In this document: positions 46,420 to 56,378 of the stretch, in pieces | How positions within the stretch are numbered: position 1 is the stretch's first letter | How the letters are laid out: each line of letters begins with the position of its first letter | Source: Epithemia pelagica | Lineage: Eukaryota; Protista; Bacillariophyta | DNA length: 64,000 bases | Assembly: GCA_946965045.2 (NCBI GenBank) | Contig: OX337241.1 | Span: 2,480,001 to 2,544,000 of the forward strand | Direction: 5' to 3' | Program-made: the position numbers and the translations under genes | The notes under the pieces: model-generated | What the model was told of the DNA's origin: nothing | Databases searched by the model: none | Seen by the model: the letters and a program-made list of their open reading frames with translations, nothing else

Positions 46420-49295
46420 ATCTTTCACCTTCCAATGCCCCCAGTGAAGCCAATACAGATCTTTCACCTTCCAATGCCCCCAGTGAAGCCAATACAGATC
46501 TTTCACCTTCCAATGCCCCCAGTGAAGCCAATACAGATCTTTCACCGTCCAATGCCCCTAGTGAAGCCAATACAGATCTTTCACCTTCCAATGCCCCTAG
46601 TGAAGCCAATACAGATCTTTCACCTTCCAATGCCCCTAGTGAAGCCAATACAGATCTTTCACCCTCAAATGCCCCCAGTGACGCCAATACAGATCTTTCA
46701 CCCTCCAATGCCCCCAGCGAACCCAATGCAGATGCTCCTACCCCAGCGCCACTCACGGCAACCTTCCAGTCGGCCAACACCTTTCCCGCCTTTGACGGAC
46801 AGACCGCCAATTTAGGTCAAGAAGGAGACCCTGCCACTAGTGTTTCGCTTGCCAACTTTGAAGGCAGCAATGCTGTTTGTGGAGCGATTCAATCCGTTCT
46901 GACTCATCCGACGGATGTAACGATTTGCTTTGCCGGAGGAACCAATGGAGGAGTATGGAGAACGACTGGTTGCACGGATGCATTCCCCATTTGGGAACCA
47001 TTGACCGATGAGGAGGAAGTGCAGTCGATCGGAGGTATGGCGTACGACGAGGACGCTTCACCTTTATTAAGTACCATTCTGGTTGGATTGGGTACTCGAA
47101 GTTCCTTTCTTCGGGGTGGTGGCCCGGGTGTGGGGCTACTCTATACTACCAATGCCTTGGACGCACAGCCGACTTGGACCCTCTTAGATAATGGCGGGAC
47201 CTTTCGGAACAATGGAATAAAGTTCAACGACGTCTACGTAAGGGGGGACCTCATGCTTGCGTCGGCTTATGATGACAATACTCCCAACCCCTTCAGTTGT
47301 GGCGATCGGGGTATCTGGAGGTCCAGTGACCGGGGTGTTTCATGGTTTTTGGTGCTTGAGGGCACGTCCCGCGCACTGGCAGCAGATCCGAACGATGAGA
47401 ACCGGTTTTATGCGGTTATTGCCGACGACATTTGTCAGGCGTCGTTCTTTGGTGTTTATACATCGAATGATGGCGGTGACACGTGGACAATCACAAGTGA
47501 CGAAAACGTTCAACATTTGGCGAGTGGGTTTGAGCTAAACAATGCCAAGCTCAGTGTCTCAAGCGATGGATCCAGGGTATGGGCCGCGGTGTTGCAAAAC
47601 GGCAGAAACGCTACTATCAGCTACTCCGATGACAACGGAGGCAACTGGACATTAATGGATCAAATAAGAATCCCCGGTAGCAATGACACTGCCAATGATG
47701 GTTTAAATCCCAGAGAAAAGCCCGGAAGCCGAGGTGCAATCCATTTCAGTCTACTTGCAAACCCCGACAACAATAATGAAGTGTATGTTGGAGGAGATCG
47801 ACAAGAGAGATCCGATGATGGATTCTTTCCGTTGACACCCAATTTCATAGGTGCCACCGACTTTAATGGAGCCCTCTACCGAGGAGATGCTTCAGTCGAG
47901 GCCACTGGAGATACACCCTCCCCCCAATGGGAGCACATGACCCATTCTGACGATATCAATGAGATTCCAGGAGGCGGTACTGCCAGATTTTCGGCTCCTC
48001 ACGCAGACTCTCGGTCCATGATGTTGCGAGCGGACAATGTACTGCTAGAAGGGAACGACGGGGGCATTGTGATCCGCACCTCGCCTCAAGATAAAACTGG
48101 AGACTGGTTTGGAAAATGTGGTAATTTGGAGACATTTGAAGTACATGGCTTTGACTATGATTCGGTTTCCAAAACAATCCTTTTCTGTAACCAAGATGTG
48201 GGAACAATCTTTTCAACTCTAGGTACCATCGGGACGGCCACTTCTTTGTTTACTGCGGATGGAAATGCATGCATGATTGATGAAACGTCTGATCCAGATT
48301 TCACCTTCATGTACTATGGCGTGCAAAATTTGGAATTGTTCTTTCGACGAACAATTGACAAAATATTTGGAACAAGCCGCGTGCAACAAATTGGGTCTGA
48401 CTTTGCTGGACAATCTGGTTTTGTTGCGGTAACGGCAATGAATCCTTCCAATGAGGCACAATTTGCAATTGGATTAACCAACAATCGTATTGCCTTGACG
48501 GTGGACCGTGGAGAGTCTTTCACGGAAACCACATTGGTTTTCTCTGATGGCGACATTGAGGCCATGGCATGGAGTGACGATGGTGCCGTGCTTTATGTTT
48601 CTAATAGTGCTCAAGGTGTACTACAATGCACAAACTCGGATGGTGGACTAACTTGTTCGTCGTCTTCATCGACAATTCCTGAAGGAACTGTGGGCCGCAT
48701 GCTTGTCAATCCAACCAACAACAACGTCGTCTATGTTGCGACGAAAAGTGAAAACGTAGATTTTGCTGGTTTGAGCAACACTCGCATCTACCGATCGGAC
48801 GACGGTGCAATCACATGGAGGGATATCACAGTGAGCGGAAGTTTGGTCGAGTCCGCCAACAATGGTGGTGCCTTGGCGTACATCATTGGTAATGAGACCG
48901 ACGGTGCCGACACCATTGCTGTAGGTACCTCCAATGGTGTTTTTATCCCCGGAGAAGAAGGAGAAGGTGTTTCATGGGTGAGACTAACCACAGGACTTCC
49001 TTCCGGTGTTCCGGTTACTGCCATGAAGTACGAACCTGTTGATGATCGTCTCATTCTTTCCACCCTTGGGCGAGGGCTGTGGTTTGTGGATGCAGCCAGC
49101 GCAATCGTAACCGGTACGACCCCCTCCGCCACTCCACCCGAAGAAGTGGCGGGTGACGTGGATGGTGCCCAAATAGTCAAGACCGTACAAAAGTTTATAC
49201 AATCAAGGCAAGATCAATCGCCAACAATACCACCAGAAGACTCTGACACTGAATACCTGGATGAAAGTATAACGCAGGACAACAATCGGGACTAA
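45186..49295 (+). CDS. Secreted modular protein: signal peptide, RXL motifs, Y/D/H-rich and KG-rich region, P/T/S-rich stalk, BNR/Asp-box beta-propeller (sialidase/VPS10/GH74-like fold)
   Basis: Intronless ORF of about 1369 aa. Hydrophobic leader (LFVWSLLLLLPWSHA), RRIL and RHL motifs, and Asp-boxes WRSSDRGVSW, YTSNDGGDTW, YSDDNGGNW, TVDRGESF and YRSDDGAITW. Confidence 0.88.
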   Translation: MKETTTMTAPRPWQGGLFVWSLLLLLPWSHAVDPQSHGLPLVDAVPDEATTTNDKDINNNRPHPHTNAVQATVRRILSRQRHLPGDSQKKTKEMKNYYYYYMNNGKGKGKSKGDDDDVDDHYFDYHSKDYDDYYHHKLQDDDDDYYHLYDDDHYYYDDDHHYKSSSGKGKKKKINSPSLFSSKGGAPVYTWKPTMPPLDMNFTMDDDMTGNFTHDPPLPVSKGKGFSSVSFQFTGKMGKKQKKPSSSSSGDSSKKHFRDYHFDLTKGKGKEKGMGMGKGMGMGKGKGMGKGKGKGVIVTAKPSVSPFFNTPAPNEDAPSQSPTNSSAPSFTPAPSTEETPEPSPPPPTSPPTANPTRTTVPTSIPTTTQPTAFPTFPSATLTPSPTTSPPTGNPSGTIGPSATLTPTPSNTDLSPSNAPSEANTDLSPSNAPSEANTDLSPSNAPSEANTDLSPSNAPSEANTDLSPSNAPSEANTDLSPSNAPSEANTDLSPSNAPSDANTDLSPSNAPSEPNADAPTPAPLTATFQSANTFPAFDGQTANLGQEGDPATSVSLANFEGSNAVCGAIQSVLTHPTDVTICFAGGTNGGVWRTTGCTDAFPIWEPLTDEEEVQSIGGMAYDEDASPLLSTILVGLGTRSSFLRGGGPGVGLLYTTNALDAQPTWTLLDNGGTFRNNGIKFNDVYVRGDLMLASAYDDNTPNPFSCGDRGIWRSSDRGVSWFLVLEGTSRALAADPNDENRFYAVIADDICQASFFGVYTSNDGGDTWTITSDENVQHLASGFELNNAKLSVSSDGSRVWAAVLQNGRNATISYSDDNGGNWTLMDQIRIPGSNDTANDGLNPREKPGSRGAIHFSLLANPDNNNEVYVGGDRQERSDDGFFPLTPNFIGATDFNGALYRGDASVEATGDTPSPQWEHMTHSDDINEIPGGGTARFSAPHADSRSMMLRADNVLLEGNDGGIVIRTSPQDKTGDWFGKCGNLETFEVHGFDYDSVSKTILFCNQDVGTIFSTLGTIGTATSLFTADGNACMIDETSDPDFTFMYYGVQNLELFFRRTIDKIFGTSRVQQIGSDFAGQSGFVAVTAMNPSNEAQFAIGLTNNRIALTVDRGESFTETTLVFSDGDIEAMAWSDDGAVLYVSNSAQGVLQCTNSDGGLTCSSSSSTIPEGTVGRMLVNPTNNNVVYVATKSENVDFAGLSNTRIYRSDDGAITWRDITVSGSLVESANNGGALAYIIGNETDGADTIAVGTSNGVFIPGEEGEGVSWVRLTTGLPSGVPVTAMKYEPVDDRLILSTLGRGLWFVDAASAIVTGTTPSATPPEEVAGDVDGAQIVKTVQKFIQSRQDQSPTIPPEDSDTEYLDESITQDNNRD
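46413..46724 (+). repeat. Coding tandem repeat, 8 x 39 bp (NTDLSPSNAPSEA)
   Basis: Eight contiguous units with no spacers and a few synonymous or conservative variants. Confidence 0.97.
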
Positions 49296-50064
49296 AGTTT
49301 CCATGATTGTTGAGGACCAATGACAAACGTGTGTGTCACAACATATATACCATCCAATACCAAGAACGAAATTCAAAATCGCATACTACAATAGGGGGTG
49401 GCGAATGGGTCCGCCGATACTACACATTTCATGTCCATTGTAAAGATTACTTTTATACATCCAAGTGTTTCGCATCTTTCTAAGCTTGTAAATTATTCTT
49501 CTGTAAGGATGCTTACTAACAATAAAAATGTTCTTTCCTACAAGTCCATGCCAACATAGTCAATGTTAACAAGGTGCTCGTTCGAAGTTCATGAGTACTT
49601 CGAGACGCCACTGATTCTTGTGGTTCTGTTCATGGTTCCAAATTCCAAATAGTGGTCGGGGGTTTCGGACTTTTTTTTCACGTGTCAACATCATAAAGGG
49701 TCAGTCCGACCATGACCAAGCCCACGCACTCTGCGCTCTGCAGGAACGACGCGAACTTTTAGATACGAATCATGCGAGAAAGCAGATCCTGATACACGTA
49801 TGCATTGTCACACGCAGAGGCTCATGCATGTGTATGATGTGTCCTTTCCTCGTGCTTCTGCTTCTGCAAACTTCGCTGATGAATGAAAAATGGAACAGGT
49901 AGCTTAGGTACTACTTCTACCATGAATCAATATCTTTGGTCTCTACTCCTAGAGGCAGGCAAGTAGAGTGACTATATTGGTGCGACTGTGTTTCCACCTG
50001 TTGAAGATGCCACAGGGTTCTCCTCACTACACGACCGGTAGTTGAAGTGGTAGCGCTCTGTTTG

Positions 50065-52422
50065 CTAGGAAACTGGAATAAATTCGTCTTGCAAGCGGGT
50101 GCCAATGGATGACGACGACGACGATAGGACGGAAGGGAGCCACTGTTGACGCAAGGTCATTGGATCGTCCTCCCACAAGAGATTCTCCAAGAGCTCTTGG
50201 ACTTCATTACTTGCTCCTTTGGTGTCATCCTGATTATGATACAAGATACAGGCATCATCCATGGACAACAGGTCGTGCCATTCTTCCACTGCCAAAACAG
50301 AAAGCAGCGGATCGATATGACAGTAGTCTTCTCCGATACACTCCTCCTCGTGGTCTTCTTCTTCTTCTCTCCCCAAAGAAGGGTTGGTTTGACACTCGAG
50401 TGTTGATTCGCAAAACGAATGGGCGACACAAACAACCCGGTTGGTATCGTCTGGAAATGGTCTGCGAGTCATGCCGTCGAGACATTCCATCCCCGGAGAG
50501 TCGTGAGCATCCGTCCACAAGAGCATCCCGGGAGAGTCCTCCTCCTGTGGTGGTCGCTCCGTGTTGACACAAAGCGGACTCAAACTCACCCAATGCATCC
50601 AATCACCACGATATCGAGCAATGCTTATTGGTTCCTCTTCCTGGAATGAGGACAAACGAGAATCCTCCTCGAGGAGTCGGTCACACAGGGGCCACTCTTC
50701 TTCGTCGTTTTCTTCTTCTTCGTTGTCATATTCGCCATGGTCATCATGGTCGTTTTCGATCCATGCCTCCAACACCAGTGCAGCTTCTTCTTCTTCTCCG
50801 TGGTGATGTTCTGGTCCGGCGGCTGCACACGCCACCAAGAGGTGGGCTTCGTGTTGTTGCTCCACCACCACGGCGCCCTCCTGATCCATATCATTCCAGT
50901 CACATACAATCTCGTTGGAGGTCTCTCGTGTACACACAACAACATTGTCATGGTCGTCCTCATTGGGATCATTGTTGTTGCTGTTGTATGGCAGGACGAC
51001 GACATCCAGGACGACCATGGCGGCTGGAGCATGAACACTGTCACAGATCAACCACAAGCTGCCCCAGTCCGGTTCGTGACATCCGACCGATTGGACACCC
51101 CATGACACGACATGAAAGGTGGTCCGGATCATGCTGTGGTGGTCGTTATTGTCATCGTGGGGTTCATCGGCAACCAGAATGTCGCGATCGTACGCCGTAT
51201 ACTCGTACCACCATTCGTCGTCGAATGGTTCGTCGTTGACGTTGTCATTGTGGTTGGGTCCACTCCGGGTGTTGGTAGTGGTGTCGCTGCCGCTTGTGGT
51301 GGTTGTGGTTGGATTGGTCCGAGTCGGAAGGACGACGACCACTAACACACTCACGCCCACACTCACCACCACGACTACTAGTAGAAACAGGGCCACGACC
51401 AAACTCCACTGGGTCGAATTCCAATGTCGTTTGGAAGCAGGATGTGCTGCTGGTTGTGGTGGTTCTTGTTCTTGGGAGTGTTTGGACGACGACGAGGATG
51501 CTTCTTCCACGTCATTTTGGTTCGTAGGATTCGGCGGTTTGAGGAGGCGCGTGACGTGCGCCGTGGGAATCGTGTCGTGATTCGAGGATGATGATGACGA
51601 CGACGACGATGAGGTGAAGGACTGCGAGATTGTAGTGTTGTGCTGGTTGTGGTTGTTGTGGTTCGGTTCGTGGTTATTGTCTGGAACCAAATAGGCTGTC
51701 ACGAGAATCTCATCGTCGTGGTCGTTTTCGGGAAAGGACGAGGACGATCGAACCGTTCCACCTGTACGGGCCGTAGACGACGAGGATCGAAAGGTTGGAG
51801 TCTCTGGATCATGGTCCGAATGACGACGACGAGAATGAGACGATATATTACTTGGGGATGGTCCTCCTTCTGCAAAGGCACCGGGTTGCGATACTGCACG
51901 CAAGGGCGACGATCGGGTCAAGGAAGCCAGAGGCACGGCTATATCGGCCGCATCGACAGTGGCTTGTCCAGTGTCTTCTTCTTTTTGTGGTTTGGACATA
52001 CCATGTTGTTGTTGTTGTTGTTGTTTCTTGGAATGGTGATGCGGTTTCCGTTTCTCCTTTTTTGGTGGTTTGGACCAATCCTGTTCATGTTCTTGTTCTC
52101 GTTCTTGTTGATGGTGGTGTTCATGTTCTTGTTCATGTTGTTGTTGTTGTTTCTTGGAATGGTGATTGGATTTCGATGGCTTCTTGGTCTTCTTTTTCTT
52201 TGTCTTGGTCTGTTTTGTGGGGGTGGTCGCACCATCAACCGTTGTCGCAGTCGTTGCTGTTGCTATTGTTGTTCTTGGAATGTCTGGCAGGCTATTCTTA
52301 TTGGTGGTGATGAGTTTGGTGGTCTTGATTGGTGTGGGTGACGACGACGACGACGACGACGACGACTGTTCGTCGGTTGGTGTCATTCTACGTTTCTCAT
52401 TTTTGGTATTGGAGAGGACCAT
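50065..52422 (-). CDS. Single-pass membrane protein with a Cys-rich acidic C-terminal domain, family member 1
   Basis: Shares SLTRS.P.RA.SQPGAF, EILVTAYLV, TIPTA.V, one TM, FHVV.WGV.S.GC and YRGDW.HWV.LSP.C with the neighbouring genes. First ATG at 52422. Confidence 0.8.
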   Translation of the reverse strand: MVLSNTKNEKRRMTPTDEQSSSSSSSSSPTPIKTTKLITTNKNSLPDIPRTTIATATTATTVDGATTPTKQTKTKKKKTKKPSKSNHHSKKQQQQHEQEHEHHHQQEREQEHEQDWSKPPKKEKRKPHHHSKKQQQQQQHGMSKPQKEEDTGQATVDAADIAVPLASLTRSSPLRAVSQPGAFAEGGPSPSNISSHSRRRHSDHDPETPTFRSSSSTARTGGTVRSSSSFPENDHDDEILVTAYLVPDNNHEPNHNNHNQHNTTISQSFTSSSSSSSSSSNHDTIPTAHVTRLLKPPNPTNQNDVEEASSSSSKHSQEQEPPQPAAHPASKRHWNSTQWSLVVALFLLVVVVVSVGVSVLVVVVLPTRTNPTTTTTSGSDTTTNTRSGPNHNDNVNDEPFDDEWWYEYTAYDRDILVADEPHDDNNDHHSMIRTTFHVVSWGVQSVGCHEPDWGSLWLICDSVHAPAAMVVLDVVVLPYNSNNNDPNEDDHDNVVVCTRETSNEIVCDWNDMDQEGAVVVEQQHEAHLLVACAAAGPEHHHGEEEEAALVLEAWIENDHDDHGEYDNEEEENDEEEWPLCDRLLEEDSRLSSFQEEEPISIARYRGDWMHWVSLSPLCVNTERPPQEEDSPGMLLWTDAHDSPGMECLDGMTRRPFPDDTNRVVCVAHSFCESTLECQTNPSLGREEEEDHEEECIGEDYCHIDPLLSVLAVEEWHDLLSMDDACILYHNQDDTKGASNEVQELLENLLWEDDPMTLRQQWLPSVLSSSSSSIGTRLQDEFIPVS

Positions 52423-53364
52423 TATGATTTGCGGAACCAACGAATGCGGATTTCGTCTCTCTCTCTCTCGCTCCAGATTATTTTTGGTTAATATTGTTGT
52501 TGTTGCTTCTGTTGTTGTGCGGGTTTCATGCGGCAGGGGAACAACACACACACTCTCTTTGGAATGCGAGGACAATGAAGAAAAAGAGGAACCACACTGG
52601 AAATGAGGATGATGGTATGATGCTGGTGGTTCAATGGCATGATGCGTGTGTGTTCGCTTGGGGACTTTTTACGCGCAGAGCGCAGACGGTCCCCCATGCC
52701 AGTTCCGAATCCAGTGTCCCCACCAAAACTCCCACATTTTTCGACTATTGCCCCCTTTGACTGGATGGTTTGTGGATGCGCCCCTTACGCGCCTGTCGGC
52801 ATGTCCGAACCAAGGACGTTCTAAAAAAGTCGCAAACGACACCCGTCAATCGTGTCGAATTGTCGCACCTGCCAAACGTGGAACAAACTTCAGCGACTAC
52901 TACTGTATGGGGTGGGAACGAGCCACTACGAGAGAATCAAGGGGACAATCCTTCATCAACTATCTCCTTTGGACCGCTGAGAAGTACGATCTTCGGAAGT
53001 CGAGACTCGGGAAAAGCACGAGTAGTCGAGGCACAGGCACCGCAACGGCAAACCCCCAAAAGCATCATCATAAGAGAGACTCACAGCGAACAAGGAACTA
53101 CCAAAATATAGAATATAGAGTCTCTCTCTTGCAACAGCGAGAGACCCATTCTAGTGTGCTCTCCCCGATTTCCTCTCGCCGTCTCTCTCTTTCTCTCGCA
53201 TCTAGAGAGAGCGACACTCCTCGAATCGGTGATCCTTCCAAGGCTCTCTCTACTACGCAACAACACGCAACACACCAACAGCACGTACTGCGCCGTTGGA
53301 ATATAAGTAGTACCTCGATTGGTGGTGTGCCTCTGATCCGTGTTTTGTCACCATTCTAAAAAAT

Positions 53365-55644
53365 ATGGCTCTTGCAGACACCACCAAGAAGGCAGATCCA
53401 AACAGCAACAACAACCACAGCAGGATGGATCCTTTGTCGTCGTCCTTATCCTTTGAGGATGCCACGAATGGACCCTCCTCCCACAACCTCAAAACGAGTT
53501 CTGCGTCGGATAACGAGGAGGAGGAAGCAGGAGAGTCCCACCACACTCGAAACAAACGGTCCGCAGACCAAGGACGAACCAAACGCCACTCCTCCCAGTC
53601 TCCTTTGGAGCCATCCACTACAACCAAGAGCAACAATACCAACGACTCTTTGCCCACACCGATCGAGAAAAGTAAGTCTCCTTCTTCTTCTTCTTCTTCT
53701 TCTTCTTCTTCTTCTTCTTCTTCTTCTTCTTCTTCTTCTTCTTCTTCTTCTTCTTCTTCTCCTTCTTCCAAACGGCAACGACGACAACAACGCCACAACA
53801 ACAACAACAACACGGATCCAACCAACAACAACGACAGTACAGACACTAGAACAAAACAACCACAACAAAATGACAGGGAACAAGTCACTGCTACGGATGT
53901 GCCAGTGGCTCCTGTCGCGTCCTTGACCCGATCGGCTCCCCTACGGGCTTTGTCACAACCGGGTGCCTTTGCGCAACCCGGCTTGTTGTCGTCCTCCTTG
54001 TCATTGCAGCAACCACCATTGGAGACGATGGAGAGGGACCCTCCTTCTACTGCCACCACTCCTTCTTCTAGGGATGCCGAATCGCAGGCAACCATGTCGT
54101 CACAACAACCACCACCGAATGACGAAATTTTGGTCACGGCCTATTTGGTGGAGGAGGAGGACCACCAGAACCAGAACAACAATACTACTAGCACCAACAC
54201 TACCATTCCGACGGCTCAAGTGACTCGCCTGGTCAAACCAACGAACCAAGAACAACAACGACAAGACGAGGAGGAGGAGGATGTCGAGCAACCAACCCCA
54301 CCCCCAAATGTTTCAACGCCCAATGAGGAGGAGGATGCATCGTCGCTGGCCAAACAGAGTCACAACCGTAGTAGGACGACGACCACACGATGGTTGTTGC
54401 TGGCCATTGTGGCTGCGGTATTGATTGTCGTGAGTGTGGGTGTCAGTGTGATTGTTGTCGTCCTGACACAAGGTGGCAGCAACACTGCCACCAACTTGGC
54501 CGGCGAAGACGAAGAGGGCAGTCAAGATGAAGAAGAAGACGATGGGGAGGAAGAGGACGATTCCGAACCAGTACCACCACCATTGGATGCCTTTGATCGA
54601 ACGCTCTTGGAGGCGCAAGATCGCATCATGTTTCATGTCGTGCATTGGGGTGTCCATTCCATGGGATGCGAAGATGCTACAACAGACACTACGAATGGAG
54701 TAGTGTTGGAATGGTCCCCCTTGCATTTGGTCTGTGACAGTTCCACGGCCGCATTGGCCGTGTTGGATATCTGGTCGTCCGCCGACACTACGAATAACGT
54801 CGACGAGAGGATTGCCTGTACCCGAGAATCGTCGCATCAAGTCACGTGTGAGTGGACTAGCGATCCACCCGCATTGGAACAAACCGTCTACCTTTTGGTA
54901 GCCTGTGGGGGCAGTGATCCGGCGGAACCTCCTCCGTTTGTGGGGGCCATTGATGATATGTTTTCCGCACTCGTCTTGGAAGCCTGGCTCGAAGGGACGG
55001 ATGCTTTGGATCCACCGACAAACACTATGGATGGTCCCTTATGTGGACGACCCGTGGGACCATCCCTGCCCAATAATAGTGGTAGCGGTGGTGGTGGCGG
55101 TGGCAATGTAGTGACGCGCTATCGTGGCGATTGGTTGCATTGGGTCACGCTCAGTCCAGTTTGTGCTTCCGGCATTGTCGTGGAACCCGAGGACTTTCCC
55201 CTCTTGTTATTGACACACGCTCCCCAGAATCCTTCGGTACCCATGGTCCAATGTGCCACTGGCTTGACACGCCGGCCCTTTTCGGAGGACCGGGATGGAT
55301 TGGTGGTGTGTGTTTCTCATGACTCGTGTGAAACAACCGTAGCATGTCGTCCCACTGGAGAAGAGAATTGTGTCGGACAAGATGTCTGTCCACTGCAACC
55401 CTTGGAATCGGTCGTGGCGGTCCAAGATTGGGTTACCCTGCTCGACGTGTCACCCAGTCTCCAAGCCTTGATCCTGTCCGCCTGTCACTTGGATACAAAG
55501 GAGGAGAATGAACCCATTCGTCTGCCATTGGAGACATTGTGGCTGGAAGACAATTCGGAAGCCTTGCGTCAATTGTGGCTTCCCTTGGTGTCCGCGGCAC
55601 CATCCGTGATTGCCGATCGATTGGAACAAGAATTTCTCGTGTAA
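53365..55644 (+). CDS. Single-pass membrane protein, family member 2
   Basis: 759-aa ATG ORF with the same motif set; arranged head-to-head with member 1. Confidence 0.8.
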   Translation: MALADTTKKADPNSNNNHSRMDPLSSSLSFEDATNGPSSHNLKTSSASDNEEEEAGESHHTRNKRSADQGRTKRHSSQSPLEPSTTTKSNNTNDSLPTPIEKSKSPSSSSSSSSSSSSSSSSSSSSSSSSSSPSSKRQRRQQRHNNNNNTDPTNNNDSTDTRTKQPQQNDREQVTATDVPVAPVASLTRSAPLRALSQPGAFAQPGLLSSSLSLQQPPLETMERDPPSTATTPSSRDAESQATMSSQQPPPNDEILVTAYLVEEEDHQNQNNNTTSTNTTIPTAQVTRLVKPTNQEQQRQDEEEEDVEQPTPPPNVSTPNEEEDASSLAKQSHNRSRTTTTRWLLLAIVAAVLIVVSVGVSVIVVVLTQGGSNTATNLAGEDEEGSQDEEEDDGEEEDDSEPVPPPLDAFDRTLLEAQDRIMFHVVHWGVHSMGCEDATTDTTNGVVLEWSPLHLVCDSSTAALAVLDIWSSADTTNNVDERIACTRESSHQVTCEWTSDPPALEQTVYLLVACGGSDPAEPPPFVGAIDDMFSALVLEAWLEGTDALDPPTNTMDGPLCGRPVGPSLPNNSGSGGGGGGNVVTRYRGDWLHWVTLSPVCASGIVVEPEDFPLLLLTHAPQNPSVPMVQCATGLTRRPFSEDRDGLVVCVSHDSCETTVACRPTGEENCVGQDVCPLQPLESVVAVQDWVTLLDVSPSLQALILSACHLDTKEENEPIRLPLETLWLEDNSEALRQLWLPLVSAAPSVIADRLEQEFLV
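53683..53760 (+). repeat. Perfect (TCT)26 microsatellite encoding poly-Ser
   Basis: 78 bp of uninterrupted TCT inside the 53365 CDS. Confidence 0.97.
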
Positions 55645-56378
55645 CAAAAGGGAACACGACATATGGCAGGAGCCTCCGAATCCGACCCTATGCACACCTG
55701 TTTTGTGGCACTCTCCCCACACACCGTGCCTTGTATCCCAGTACTGGGTGTCGAGGATCCAGACAGGGGCATTGGTGCACAGTCAGTAAGGTCCGCCACG
55801 ATCGGCTGCACCACACAACAAGGCCGTCCCAACACCCCAAACACTTGCAACAAAGGTTGTGAGAACTAGGTATATACCTTAGAGGTATTACTATCTACAC
55901 GTATCCATGTGGACAGGCAGACGGACGGAGTCGGTCGCGTTTCTTGGTGGCCGGGTTGTGGTCGCTGTTATCGCGGCATGCGGTTTTGTGCTTCTCGGTG
56001 TAAAACCCAGAACAGCAATAATACTTAATAAATAATATCAAGGCATAATCCATAGATTGTCGTTAAATTCTTGTTGGGCGTTTTGCCCGGTCTCATTGGG
56101 CCATTCCAGCAGCAACAACAAAACGCGCAATCACTGGCCCGAGCGTCGAAAAAAAAAAAAGATTTGCAATACAACAACACACACCAAGATAGAGCAGAAG
56201 CCTTTCCGTCCATTGTTTCTGGAGGGACAGGAAGAGAGAGAGAGTGCCTTAGTTTGTGACCTTGTTTTGGAATTGAAACCATCCTCGTCCGTCTACTTGG
56301 AACCTCTGGACAGTCCCTCGACAGTGCTCCTCTCTGGAATCACTTCTTTTGTCTTCTAGAGCCAACAGTCTCGTTTTC

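Noticed and set aside
46413-46724. 39-bp repeats as a CRISPR array
   Set aside because: The units are contiguous with no spacers, are in frame within a CDS, and there are no cas genes.
53672-53765. GTAAGT followed by the TCT tract as an intron
   Set aside because: The frame is open through it and no convincing acceptor follows, so splicing is not needed.
53446-54137. Antisense ORFs with poly-Arg, poly-Lys or poly-Glu, and poly-Leu in another sense frame
   Set aside because: These are alternative readings of the (TCT)26 microsatellite in the real gene.
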